A stretch of DNA of 64,000 nt from Neophaeotheca triangularis (Eukaryota), in NCBI GenBank assembly GCA_054600435.1, contig BAAIJX010000058.1, positions 1 through 64,000 of the forward strand, written 5' to 3'. Of this stretch, positions 48,254 to 60,170 are shown one piece after another (the first letter of the stretch is position 1; each line of letters begins with the position of its first letter). A program made the position numbers and the translations under genes. The notes under the pieces are model-generated. The model worked only from the letters and a program-made list of their open reading frames with translations. It did not search any database and had not been told where the DNA came from.

Positions 48254-49929
48254 TCAACCCCCTCTCCCGGCAGCAAAAGCCCCAGGCGCAACGACAACAA
48301 CGACAACCAAGCTGGCGACGACCAACGCGCAAGCGAGCAAACTGACCAAAACGATGGAACCGCGAGACGCCGGGAACTTGCCGCGAATCACGTAGTGTTG
48401 GGCTTCAAAATAGCGGTGGAAACCGAGGAGGAGGATGAGGATGGCTGCAAGCCGAGCGAAGCGGTTAGCTGGGTGTTTGCCTGTGTTCACTTGCTTCTCG
48501 TGTCTGGGGGTATTACGATGGTGGGACTAGGACATGGGAAGGGAGAGGGCACGTACAGATTCCCAAGAATGTGGCACCGAGGGGTTTTCCCACTTGCCGT
48601 AACTTATCCTCGTTAGCGAAGGGTGGTGCGTGGTCGTGGACTTGTCGTTGTTCTAGTAGTGATGATGACAGTAGTGATGAGGAAGTAGAATGCAAGTTTG
48701 CGGCCGTATTAACTGAAACTTGGTCTTCGGGCTCGTTGAGACTGGTGTTGAGGCGGAAGAGCTGCGTGATGGCTATGCCGATGGAGGCGAAAGCTAGGGA
48801 GGTGCGTAGCCAGGCGAGGAAAGTGCGCTCTTTCCGACCGTTAGTACTGGGAGTAGGAGGGAGTTATGACGGGTGGAGGGCACTTACCCAGTGCTAGATG
48901 GTCTCGCGCGACGGAGCCTTTGTTCTCGAGCTCCACGCTGCCGTATTTGTCTATTAAACTCTTGAACCATCCCTCTTGCTCATTGCTGGCATCGTCGCTC
49001 TCTCTCTCTCGCCCGGACACCTGCGCATCCCCTTGTACACTCCCCCTCCCGCCCACACCAGCGCTCTTCCCTCTGAGACTGGACCCCGCCCCACTCCCAC
49101 CAGCACCGCCCTTTCTCCTCCTGGCACCACCCCAATTCATATCCTCCTCTCCAGCTCCATCATACTCCCCTTCACCACCCAGCGCACCATATCCCCCACC
49201 AGCAGCCCCAACCCCTCTGACTCCACCAGATCCCCGTCGAAAAATTGCCGTATTCTCATCCGCACTACTCTCACCCCCGCCCTCGCCATCCCTATACCCA
49301 TCCCCACCGGCCATCTTCGTCCTCAACTCCGGACTCTGCCTCCCCAGGCCAGAAGATGACGAGGAAACCCAGCTAGCCTGACGCTGTGTAGTTGACGAAC
49401 CCGTAACCCCAGCCGCAGGAGTCTGCGTCTGACTAGGCAAAAAAGTCACACTCTTGGCACTCGCCGCTCTAGACAACTTGCCCTCCTCTCGCTTCCCTTG
49501 AACAGCAGCAGCGGACGTAGAAACAGAGGACGTTGTCCTCCCCGCCTCCCTCTCCTCAAGCTTGCCTTTCCCCTTTCCCCTCCCAGCCCCAACCCCAGGC
49601 CACGGAAACCTCTCCCCCTCTGCCCTTCCCGGGCTCGTCGAAGCCGAAACCGGTAAACTGGGCCGGCTCAGATTATCCACCGTCCTTAACTTAGGATCCG
49701 CGGGCCCGGCTCTAGGAGTTGTGAGGGAGTCGTCCGAGTCCTCCTCTTCCTCTTCCGCCTCTTCCTGAGCTTGTGGTCGTGTGAAGGAGTTGGGGGATTG
49801 CGGGTTTCGAGGTTGTTGGTGCTGTTGGGTCCGCTCTTCGTCGGACGAGGGTGACTGGCTGGGGGGTTGCGAGTAGGAGGCTTCGGATGAGGGCGCCGAG
49901 TGGGAGACTGGGGAGCAGGGGAGGGGCAT
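48254..49929 (-). CDS. DUF202 membrane protein with a long disordered N-terminus; exons 49929-48888, 48829-48557, 48444-48254
   Basis: LENKGSVARDHLAL|ERTFLAWLRTSLAFASIGIAITQLFRL, GKPLGATFLGI, RYFEAQHYVIRGKFPASRG. Confidence 0.88.
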
Positions 49930-50930
49930 GATGGCTGCTTTATTCCTTTGAGCTTGGGCTTGGGCTTGGTCCTGGGCTGCTGGGGTTGGATTAGGGTTTG
50001 GAGGTGTGGGGTTGCGTCGATATTGCTTCCAATGGCTGGCTGGGTGCTCTGGTTGGCTGGATGTGAAAGTGGAGACTGAGATTCGGGGTTTGGGTTCGGT
50101 TCGTGTCGCGGCGGTGATGGAGTGATTTAACGGGAAGATGTCGTGATTCTATAAGATGCGTGGGCGGGAGTTATGGTTGGTAATGGAGCTAGCTCCGTGG
50201 GTAAGGTACGTAGGTGTGGAGAGAGCTTCAAGTAAAGTTTAGGTAGACTTCTAGAGTCAAGGTGGACGGGGTAATGCATAGGAGAAGCGTGGGGTGCTTA
50301 TGAAACGCTGGAGCGTGTATGGAGGTCAAGTGCAAGAGCGTGCTTGGGACGTGTATGTGAGATCTCTGTATCTTGTACCTGATGAGGCGGTGTACGTGAT
50401 ACATCCAAGGCCGTCGGTTGTGCATGAGAGATTGGTGAGCGGCTTTGATAACGATAAACTTAATAAGGAAGAGCTGGGGTGACAGGGGCCAGGGCGATAA
50501 ACGAAGCGAAGCGAAGCTCAGGTGTGGACATGAGGTTGAGTCTACATTGACATGTAGTACACGTAGATGTAGTTTGAGAACTTCGAATACCCGCGACCTC
50601 CAGCCAGCGGAAGAACAAACGAGGGATAAGGAAGCCGATGCGTTCAGTCCGTATTTGAGCACTGCTCGCTTTCACTAAGAGGGTGTAGCTATCAGGTATC
50701 GCAGCCTGGCCAGCAACGGGCTAAGCCCCATCCTCCCTCTCTCACAGAAAAACTCCATGCTCATCTGCAATGCCATGCAGAAACTCATCTGGGGCGAGAG
50801 AATGCCACGCCACAACGCCTTCGCCAAAATGGGAATTTCCCCTCACTAAAAACCGCCGTGGAATCAATCTATGTGTCATTTCTCATGAACTTCTTGATTC
50901 ATTGTCACCTGTGACTCGTCGACGAACCAT

Positions 50931-52586
50931 CTAACCATCCATCATCGGCTCGTCGATGCGGACTTGCTTCATGATCCGCTTCAAATCGTTCTCCATCTGG
51001 TCGTCATCGTTGGGGTCGAGGCGATCGGGTTTAACGCCGAAATGCTGCATGATATTGAAAAACTTGTCGTGATCCTTGCGATTGGCGATGAAAGTGACGG
51101 CGGCACCAGTGCGGCCGAAACGACCAGTACGCCCGATACGGTGGAGGTAGGTTTCGTAGTCGACACCAAAGTCCGGGGGGCCTAGCTCGGGGATGTCGTA
51201 GTTGACGACGAGGGTCACGGCTTGCACGTCGATACCGCGGGCGAGGACGTTGGTCGTAATGAGGACTTTGGCTTCGCCCCTGCGGAAGCGCTGGAAAACT
51301 GCGTCACGTTCTCCGCCTTCAAGGGCGCCCGTGAGGCAGGCCACTTGGTGGCCTTCGCTGGTCATGCGGCGGTTGATTTCATGGGCGGTGTCGCGGCGCT
51401 TGACGAAGATGATTGAGGAGCCGACAGTGGTAAGGTGGTAGATTTTGAGCAGAGACGAGTACTTGATTTCGTCGTTCTCGCAGTCCATGTAGATTTGCTT
51501 GATGCCCTTGACGGTGAGCTCTTCGGTCTTGAGAGTCGTGATATTCGCATTCGGTGCAAACTTGTTGGCAAACTCCAGAACCTGCTCAGGGAAGGTGGCG
51601 GACATGAGGACCTTTTGGCAGTCACGGGGGAGAGTTCCGTTGATGCGCTGACACTGCTCGCCCATGCCTTGAAGGTCGAGCATGTTGTCCGCCTCATCGA
51701 GGGTGAGAATCTTGATCTTTTGCGTGTTGAGCTGGCGTCGGCGGATCATATCGAAGACAGTGCCCGGTGTGCCGGCAACGATCTGCCCAGTGATCTGCTG
51801 TCCACGCTTTGATGGGTCTGGCACAGCCTCACCAACCAAGAGACCCTTCTCGACGACAGTCCCCTTGACAGCCTTTTCCTTGAGACCCTCCTCGGTGATA
51901 AAATACCCCATAGTCAGTGCAACTCCCGCAATCTGCCTTGCCAACTCGCGTGTGGGAGCAAGTACGAGTGCTTGTGGCGAGTGATCGTTGATATCGATCT
52001 TGTGTAGCATGTTCAAAGTGAAGGCGGCCGTCTTGCCCGTACCCGACTGCGACTGTCCGATGTAGTTGGTGTTGTTCCCGCGCAGGAGCAGAGCCAAGGC
52101 GCGCTCCTGAATTTTGCTCGGCTTGTGGTAGCCCATGGCGGTAATACCCTGGAGGAGTTCCTCACGCAGCTCGAGATCCTGAAACCTCTTGACGGAGTAC
52201 AGTGGGTCGTTGGGGTTGCTCTGATGGTCTGCCAATGTCACCTCCACATCATACTCGGCTGGCTCCTCCAATTGCTCGCTGCCATTCTGGTAATGAGTCG
52301 CGCCATCCTTCTGAGCAGCGCCCATGTCTCCCTCTTGCTGCGCAGCTGGCGCTTCGGTCTTCACTTCAGTCGCGGGTTTGGCTTCGTCGCCCTCTGTGGG
52401 TGTGGTGACCTCGTCGGCCCAATTGAACTTGCCAGGAGTAAAGGTAGAGGCACTCGGGTTGGTACCTTTGGAGTTCTGCTGGTCCGAAGGAATGTTGAGT
52501 TTGTTTTCGAAGGTCTTCTCGAGACCGTCTGCGGATTGTGGTTGCTTGCTGCCCTCAGGCGCGGAAGCCGGCGCAGCGTCCGACAT
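50931..52586 (-). CDS. DBP5: DEAD-box RNA helicase Dbp5 (mRNA export)
   Basis: PLYSVKRF, QSQSGTGKT, PTRELA, LDEADNMLD, SAT, TTNVLARGID, YLHRIGRTGRFGR. Confidence 0.93.
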   Translation of the reverse strand: MSDAAPASAPEGSKQPQSADGLEKTFENKLNIPSDQQNSKGTNPSASTFTPGKFNWADEVTTPTEGDEAKPATEVKTEAPAAQQEGDMGAAQKDGATHYQNGSEQLEEPAEYDVEVTLADHQSNPNDPLYSVKRFQDLELREELLQGITAMGYHKPSKIQERALALLLRGNNTNYIGQSQSGTGKTAAFTLNMLHKIDINDHSPQALVLAPTRELARQIAGVALTMGYFITEEGLKEKAVKGTVVEKGLLVGEAVPDPSKRGQQITGQIVAGTPGTVFDMIRRRQLNTQKIKILTLDEADNMLDLQGMGEQCQRINGTLPRDCQKVLMSATFPEQVLEFANKFAPNANITTLKTEELTVKGIKQIYMDCENDEIKYSSLLKIYHLTTVGSSIIFVKRRDTAHEINRRMTSEGHQVACLTGALEGGERDAVFQRFRRGEAKVLITTNVLARGIDVQAVTLVVNYDIPELGPPDFGVDYETYLHRIGRTGRFGRTGAAVTFIANRKDHDKFFNIMQHFGVKPDRLDPNDDDQMENDLKRIMKQVRIDEPMMDG

Positions 52587-53083
52587 GGCGGTGGCACGTG
52601 CTCTTTGAACTGATATGAATGATTGTTATCTGCGGGTTTAGCCGGTTCGTTGCAGCGGGAGTAGTCGACGTGAATGTCAGACAAAGAAGGTGAATGAGTT
52701 GTAACAAGCAAATGAGGGAGCTTCTGGAAATATTTCGGAAAGTTGCAACTGCGTTCGGTAGCGCGCATTGCGGCCAACCAGTAGCGCGGGGTCATGCCAA
52801 GGCCCACTCTTCAGGCATGTCGAGCAGCAACCTCACACTTCGAGATGTTCAATCAAACTCGACGACAATCCAATGGTGATGTGCAAGGCCTTCAAGTGAT
52901 AGTTGCATCGATAAAAATCGGACTGCATTCGAGGATAGGTAAACCTATAACAAGTAGCAACATGTTTAACATAAGACTTACTAGCGCTAGACATCTATAA
53001 TAGTCACTTATTAACCGATAGATCGTTTCACGTTACCTATCTAGACGTACTAATACCTCGACGTCCTAGATCTCGCTAGAAAG

Positions 53084-55145
53084 CTACAACCTAGCACTGC
53101 CCGCTTGTAGTTGTTTCCAGTCCTCACGTCTAAAAGGCAGGTAAGTGTCACTACCCGGCGGGCACCACATAAACACATCCAACCCACCCTCCTTCTCCTC
53201 CGTGCCCAGCAAATCAGGATCCACGCCTTCCTTGCGCAACGGCACCTTGTTCTGCTTGTGGTTATGAATATGCGAGCTGCTCTTGACGACTCGCAGAAAA
53301 ACCGGCACCGCATACCGAGGCAGTCTCTCCCGTGAGTACTTCAGCAACTCTCTGAAATAAGTCTCGTTGGCGTTGGTGTCAACGAGGTTCAACGCAGCAC
53401 ATCCGGCTCTGCCCTCGTGGCCTGGAACCGTGACACCGTAAACGTTCGCCTCGGCTACACCATCGAACTTTCCTAGAGTCTCTGCGACTTCTGCCGTGGA
53501 AACATTCTCCGACTTCCAGCGGAACGTGTCGCCAAGCCTGTCTAGGAAGTACCAGTGCCCGTCCGGCTCGCGGCGCAAGGCGTCACCGCAACGGTAGTAC
53601 AGGTCCCCTTTTTTGAAGACGTCGGTCGCGAATCGTTTGTTGGTCGCTTCTTCGTTGCGCCAGTAGCCGCCGAATGCCTCTTTCTCGGGAATGGCAACCA
53701 AAATTTCCCCGCCCTCCTCGTACGGGGCACGTTGCGCGAAACCAGTCTTGGGATCGCGGTAAATATCACCTGTTTCGAAATCGATGCGAACGGGGACGTA
53801 TGTGTTGCGCATCAGCAACCGAAGCACACCGCCATGGTGGCCGACCGAGGCGCTAAGGTAACGATTTCGGCTCCAGACAAGCAACGCAAACATGCCCTCG
53901 CTGGAATTGAAGAACTCGGCGACCTCGGGAATGTTGAAGCGGTCTTGCAGCTTGTGCCAGACGTCTGGGCGTAGACCGTTGCCGTAGGCGAGGCGGAGAC
54001 GGTGGTCCCGTTCCAACGGATGTGGTGGCGCGGCGAGCAGGTATCGCGCGGTTTCGCCCACGTAAATGAACATGGTGGCCTGTGAGTTGTGGATATCGGG
54101 CCAGAATTGGGAAATGGAAAAGCGGGGGGCTATTGCTACGCCGACGCCGCCGAGGAGGGCGCACGTGGTCGTAATCAGGCCTGTGCCGTGGTAAAGGGGC
54201 ATTGGGCTGTACCAGCAGTCGACGCCACGCTTACCGCCGAAGGCCGGTTGGAGATGGGCACCGAGAAGGTGGGTGCGAGATATTGTGAAGGGGCAACCTT
54301 TGGGCATGCCGGTGGTGCCACCTTGGAAAGCGAATTAACGGGTGGCCAGCAGAAACGCCGTAACATGTGGTACTCACTGGTGTAAATCAAGGCGTATGGG
54401 AACTCGGGTTTCATGCCGCTCCGTAGCTCATCAGGAGGGAGGACGACTTGCTTGGAAGAGATCTCCCGTTGGAAAGCTCGGTCATGAACAACAATCTTGG
54501 CACCAGTACCCTCAATTTCGCTACGACTGTTTTCAATACGACGCTGACACCCTTCTTCCTCGTCGACAATGACGAGCTTGCTGTCAGCAACGGAGAGACA
54601 ATGCAATAGCGCCTGGTTTTCGAGGTTGTAATTGATGAAAGCCGGACCAGCTCCGATGCAAAGCGTAGCGAACATGATCATGATCAGCTCTGCACTGTTG
54701 TTAAGATAGATGGCGACAAGATCACCGGGCTTGATGCCTTGCTCGAGCATCCACTGTGCGTATCGCACCGTCTGGTCATGGAGCTCCTTGAATGTGAAGC
54801 TGCCATCGCGGGTCCAGATTGCTCTGTCGTTGGGCTGGCGATGGCAGACTTCGGCGAGAATGTACCAAGGGGACAGACGATCGGCAGCGACTGGTAACAC
54901 TCATCAGCACCAAAGATACTAGACAGGTTGAGTCGGCCTTGCTACCCACGAGCTTTCTGGTAAGCCTTTTCTGCTTGCTTCAGTCGCCAAATGGTAGAAA
55001 GCTCCCTTCCGATCTGGTATTTGCCATCGAGGTAGGCGGCGGCAGCTGTTCCGCCAGCTATTGCAGCAGCAGCTTGGGGGAAAAGTCAGTGACCGAGTAG
55101 GTAGGCAGGCTATGATGCGCGTTGAACGGTCCTACCGAGAGCCAT
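53084..55145 (-). CDS. FATP/Fat1-like (very-)long-chain acyl-CoA synthetase, probably peroxisomal; 4 exons, the first only 10 nt (55145-55136)
   Basis: AYLDGKY N-terminus, spliced AMP-binding motif IYTS|GTTGMPKG, FATP signature DRLGDTFRWKSENVST, C-terminal PTS1-like ARL. Confidence 0.9.
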
Positions 55146-55443
55146 AGGTGATATCTGTCTGGATTACTCAGACTGAAAGTGGTTCAGAACATGGAGTATT
55201 CTACCCTCACTCTTTTAGCACTTGACTGTTGATCTTTAGCGAAGGCAACACGACGGAGGTGATGTTGGAGTAAGATGTGCTACTGCATAGGTAGGTTTTG
55301 ATTGATTGATTGCTCCGCAAGACGTTGCCGAGGTCCCCATGTTTGAGCCGGGATCCGCACAGGTGCCGTCCGTGGAAAAGCGTGGGGTAAAAAGACGGGG
55401 AAGAAACATTTGTGCCTGAGGCCAAGACATCCATGGATCCTTT

Positions 55444-55908
55444 TCAGCCAAGTTGCTGCTTGCTACCACCCTCTCCCTCTCGCTCCTCTGTCCTTTTCTT
55501 CCTCTTCCCCCCATCATTCTCAAGTACCAGCAAAGTCCCCGCAAAGGCCACGCCAATGCAAGTCGCAGCCATTAGACTGACCCCCACAATGTTGGGTTGG
55601 AAATTGCCTTGCTGCAGGTGTCTCAGCGACGCAAAATACCTCTGCGTACCATGACCCACGCAAAGGCTACCACTTCCGACCAACACTGCCGCCGCAACTC
55701 TAGTGTTGCTATCCTGGAGCTGCAATAGCTGAGGCGACAGTGCAGCGAAAGCCTCGACTTTCTCCAGAGCAATGCCGAGGGCTATGAACCCCAGGCCGCT
55801 TCGAGCCCATGCTAGGAATGTTCGTTCGCTCGCCAGCATGTCGCGCGCTATAGAGCCTGTGTTTTTCATGGGTCCCGCCCGGAATGTTGAGAGGATTTGT
55901 CGAAACAT
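55444..55908 (-). CDS. small DUF202 membrane protein
   Basis: NTGSIARDMLASERTFLAWARSGLGFIALG and three hydrophobic segments. Confidence 0.87.
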   Translation of the reverse strand: MFRQILSTFRAGPMKNTGSIARDMLASERTFLAWARSGLGFIALGIALEKVEAFAALSPQLLQLQDSNTRVAAAVLVGSGSLCVGHGTQRYFASLRHLQQGNFQPNIVGVSLMAATCIGVAFAGTLLVLENDGGKRKKRTEEREGEGGSKQQLG

Positions 55909-56884
55909 GTTGACCTGATTTGCCCGGTTCTTAGCTTTTGTGTTAGGCGGTGATCAGTTTCTGTCAACTGACTCTTCGCGGCGAGGCGAAACCAACACAC
56001 TTTCTGAATCCGAGCTGTACAAAATTACGTGGAAGGCTCCCTCGGGTCAACTGTTGTGTCTTTCCGGATATGTTGCATGGCGTTCGTACTACTCATCATA
56101 GGGTTGAGCTCCGGGAGAAGAGCGATAAGCGCAAGGACCATCCTCAGTGGAGACGGAAGCTGCTAGCATTCGCGTTCATACCAAGGGACAGCGACTACTT
56201 CATCTTCCCCGGTCCGGGTTTACACCCACTAGAAGCTACTAACAGACAAGATGCGGTCAGGGATTTAGACAATACAGATCTGTATAGAAAGGTGGTTACT
56301 GACTCCGAGTCTCCGAGTGCATACGAACATACTAGTTTCGATACGGCGAACGGGCAGTCGATTGCGGCTTTGCGGGCGAGCAGGAGTCGTGTCGAACGTT
56401 TGTGTTTTGATTCTTAACACCGTCAGATAATACAGAAACGATGCCAAAGGACAACCTCACTGGTCGACAGAGGCTTGACATGCCCGAACAGACACAAACA
56501 CGAAACGGAGAGAGATCGCAGCTAGCGCAGGAACCGAAAAAAGCCAATCTGTGTGATCGGAACGCTAATGCGCGCACTATCTGTCTCTACTGCGTCACCG
56601 ATCTCGCTCTTCTTCACGCCTTTCTGACAGATCGCGTGCTAATCACCGGAAACGCGGTACTGTTTGGCCATCACATTGTGACATCTGCATGATCCAGGAC
56701 CTTATTTTGTACTATCGTCGGCGTCACTGCTTGTCACAGCGTCCAGTCGAGGTAAGTAGTCGTCCAGTGGGTGCCCATGGCGTGTTTCGTCTCATTCCAC
56801 TTCCACCTTGCCAATCTACTTTGTTGTCTTTGCCATTCTAGGTCCCTCTTAGGACTATAGCCCCCCCTCGATTCACGTCTCAAC

Positions 56885-58420
56885 ATGTCCAAACCTACCT
56901 TTTCAGCTCCTTTCGAGGTCCTGGACTTTTACTGCGACAGCGACGACAGCTGCGCTCTCACTGCTCTCATCAACAATGTTCGGTTTCACGTCATTGCCGA
57001 AAGCTCCAAAGTGAGAAGTGGCAAGCCAGGTCAGGAATACTCAAAGCTTCTACAAGCTGTGAAAAAAGCGAGTCAAGACGATATGGAGGAAGGAACAGCG
57101 ACCGCCGACAGCGCCGACAGCGGTGTTGAGCTGGGCAACGAAGAGGCAGCTCATTCGGAGGCAACCAAAGATCGTCAGGAAGTCACGCCCAACGCCGAAG
57201 AGAAGCTGCATCGATGGTTACTCAGTCCGCTCGATTCTGATATCGAAGAGCTTGCCCCGCAACTTCAGGCAGAGGACAAGCCGACCCTACAAGACTGGTT
57301 CACCGGAGAAACCCACTACTTCGACCTTGCCTCTTCCGATGGAGGAGTTGTTGCAACCGAACTCGAGGAAGTCGACGAGTTATCAAAACGTCTATCCCGC
57401 CTTCTTCCCGCGATCACCGTGCCAAAATATGTTCGCGAGGTCCAAACACCGTACTTTGCAGCCTCTGATCTCACTGTACTATCCGCCGGCGCAGCCATGG
57501 GACCATACACGCGGCCCACCCTCGTCCGAGACCCAAACGGCAACAAGCGCTTTCTCAAACTCATCGACCCTACCCAACCCGCTCCAACGAAGCGAGAAAT
57601 CTCTCTACTTGCCAAACTCAAGTCTAAGAACCTCCATACCAAGATCCGCTGCCCCGAGCTCACTGGACTCGTAGGCACGACACCAAATACTCGCACGCAA
57701 ATCGCTGGCTTCTTGCAAACCCCAATCCCCGACCCCACGCCCTTGACCGCTAAGCTCGACACCGACGTCCCACAAACTCTCCGCGACGCCTGGGCGGATG
57801 AAGCCGAACGCATCGTCACTACTCTCCATGACCATGGAATTGTATGGGGTGACGCAAAGGCTGACAACTTCATCGTCGACGACCACGACAGGCTATGGAT
57901 CATCGATTTCGGCGGAAGTTACACCGAGGGCTGGGTCGATCCTGCTATCAAGGAAACGGAAGAAGGCGATGAGATGGGGGTCGAGAAGATAGAAAATGCA
58001 TTGCATGATCCTGAGCACAACACTTGGGATCCGGATACGGAAGTTTCGTATGGGGGAAGCCATCGCAATAGCGAGAGCGAAAGCCAAGCCGTGGAGGTGG
58101 CGAATAGCAGGGGAAAGAGGGGTCACGAGGACGTAGACAGCGATGCTGAGACGGATGTGGGAGAAGGTACAAACGAGGTCTCTACTGGAAACAAGCGGCG
58201 GAGGACCAGCTCGCCGCCTGCGTCTCCCCTCGCGTCAGAGGTAGCGGTGAACTGGGAGAAAGAGCAGCCGCTGTACTGCTACTGCCACAAGCCGAGCTCG
58301 GGCCGTATGGTTGGTTGCGATGGAGATGATTGCAAGCAGGAGTGGTTCCATTTTGAGTGTGTTGGGCTGAATCAGGCGCCTGCGGAAGGCGAGGAGTGGT
58401 ATTGCAAGGACTGCGTGTAA
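56885..58420 (+). CDS. atypical protein kinase-like domain fused to a C-terminal ING-type PHD finger
   Basis: RFLK and REI, LHDHGIVWGDAKADN, IIDFGG; YCYC..MVGCD..C..EWFHFECVGL..WYC..C. Confidence 0.85.
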   Translation: MSKPTFSAPFEVLDFYCDSDDSCALTALINNVRFHVIAESSKVRSGKPGQEYSKLLQAVKKASQDDMEEGTATADSADSGVELGNEEAAHSEATKDRQEVTPNAEEKLHRWLLSPLDSDIEELAPQLQAEDKPTLQDWFTGETHYFDLASSDGGVVATELEEVDELSKRLSRLLPAITVPKYVREVQTPYFAASDLTVLSAGAAMGPYTRPTLVRDPNGNKRFLKLIDPTQPAPTKREISLLAKLKSKNLHTKIRCPELTGLVGTTPNTRTQIAGFLQTPIPDPTPLTAKLDTDVPQTLRDAWADEAERIVTTLHDHGIVWGDAKADNFIVDDHDRLWIIDFGGSYTEGWVDPAIKETEEGDEMGVEKIENALHDPEHNTWDPDTEVSYGGSHRNSESESQAVEVANSRGKRGHEDVDSDAETDVGEGTNEVSTGNKRRRTSSPPASPLASEVAVNWEKEQPLYCYCHKPSSGRMVGCDGDDCKQEWFHFECVGLNQAPAEGEEWYCKDCV

Positions 58421-58945
58421 GGCGTCCTATCTTTTGGATGGAGCAGGGCATCAACGCAGAGGCGGGACATCCAGCTTCAGGAACATACATCAGCGCGTTA
58501 GCGCCTGCCTTGCCCGCTATGCGACCTTACAGGCTCACCCTCCTTAGAAAGGACTTCTACCGAGAAGGATGCTAGGGCGAGCTTGCTCTCTCTGACCAAC
58601 CAATTGATCCCAGACCACGACTAACGCCTTTAGTGAACTCTCGAAGCTGATTGCAACCTTCCACATGTCAGCAAGCCAATGCTCTGAACATGCAATCTTC
58701 ATGCCAAGGTCAGCGTCAGCTTGCCAAGCAAAATGCCCGGTACAGTCAGATCTTCTCATGAGGAGTGGGACAATAGTCCAGCAATAGAAGCTGCGGACTC
58801 GGGGAAGCGTTACATAAAAGATGCAGTCCTCTGTACCCGCTTGATCGTGGGTGATGTCGCCTTGCTCTTGTTCGATAGTCTTAATCAAAAACTATAGCCT
58901 ATACCCTCCCCTCCACCTACTGAGCACAAGCCGCCTCTCGCCATC

Positions 58946-60004
58946 ATGTCCAACGATGCAACTTCCCAACTCCAGCCTCTCCGGCTCATGGTCATCGACA
59001 GCCCACGAACAACTTGTCACATGTTCTACAAGCTGTTCCAGTCACATCCCCAGCTCGCTTGGGGTCGCTTCTACCATGGCTTCAACGCACACCAGGCTTA
59101 CGGGAAACAGCGCATAACTACCAAGCTCCGCCATAGACCCGCTGTCGAGCAGGCCATTGAAAAGACATGGATCAAGCCTTACGAAGAAGACGCGGAAATC
59201 CAAAAGACATGGCCACCAAATTTGGAGTCGTGCGTAGCCAACTTCCGCGCCGCAGTTGAAACGAGCGAATCCGAGGGCAAAATCTTCTTCGGCAAAGAGC
59301 ATGCCAACTTCTTGCTCAAGCAAGACCTCATACTTGCCCTCCTGCGATCCAGCGACGAAGACAAGCCCTTTGAACCTCCAGCTGAGAATCCGACACACAT
59401 TCCCGAGGACCTGGTGAAGACGCTGAAGCCCATCTTCATCGTCCGCCATCCCGTCCTTCGGATGGACTCGTTCTGGCGCTCCGAGCAGACTTCTGTGGGT
59501 CTGAACTTGCAGCCCACAGACGAATACTTCGAGTACCTGATGACGCTGAAGTGGGCGCGCGTGTTATACGACTACTTCAACGAGACGCTAGGTATAGAGC
59601 CAGTGGTCCTTGACTCGGACGACTTCGTGTACTCGACGAAAGCCACCATGGACAACTTATGCGCGATGCTCGGGCTCGATCCGGAGGGTGTCAAGGATGA
59701 ATGGGATCCCGTGCCCAAGGAGTCTTGGCCGAAAAGCGAGGTTTCCAAAGTGTTCCTCGGTGATTTGCTCTCGAGCCGAGGAGTCATAAGGAATGCTGAG
59801 GTCAGTAGTTGCTTTCGCGTTTTGTGATCAGGCATCAGGTTGGCTTCTAATACCGAACAGCGTCCGTCATGCGATATCGATGTTCGAACGGAGCAGTGGG
59901 AGGGGCTTTACGGCGCAGAGACGGCAACTGCTTTGAGGAAATCAGTCGAAGCGGAGTTGTCGGACTATGAATACCTTTGGGAGAAGAAGATCAGACCGAC
60001 ATGA
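58946..60004 (+). CDS. sulfotransferase-like P-loop-fold protein; exons 58946-59800, 59861-60004
   Basis: SPRTTCHMF, FFGKEH, PIFIVRHP, PVVLDSDD; the second exon supplies the typical ...DYEYL end. Confidence 0.75.
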
Positions 60005-60170
60005 CTAGGGAATAGCATGGTTATATGCTGACAGGGCGGTGCTTACATCGTTCCTTGATGAAAGTACGTATCATCTCATCATCAGTTTTCATTAGCATGA
60101 ATCAATTCGCAATTTTTGCCAAGTGCTACGATCTCCGAAATCATTCCAGCAACGGCCACACAGCCCAACA

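Noticed and set aside
16957..52586. Functional RNA-metabolism cluster (BMT6, tRNA-Glu, KTI12, NHP2, FAM32A, DBP5)
   Set aside because: Spread over 35 kb among unrelated genes; the category is large enough for chance co-location.
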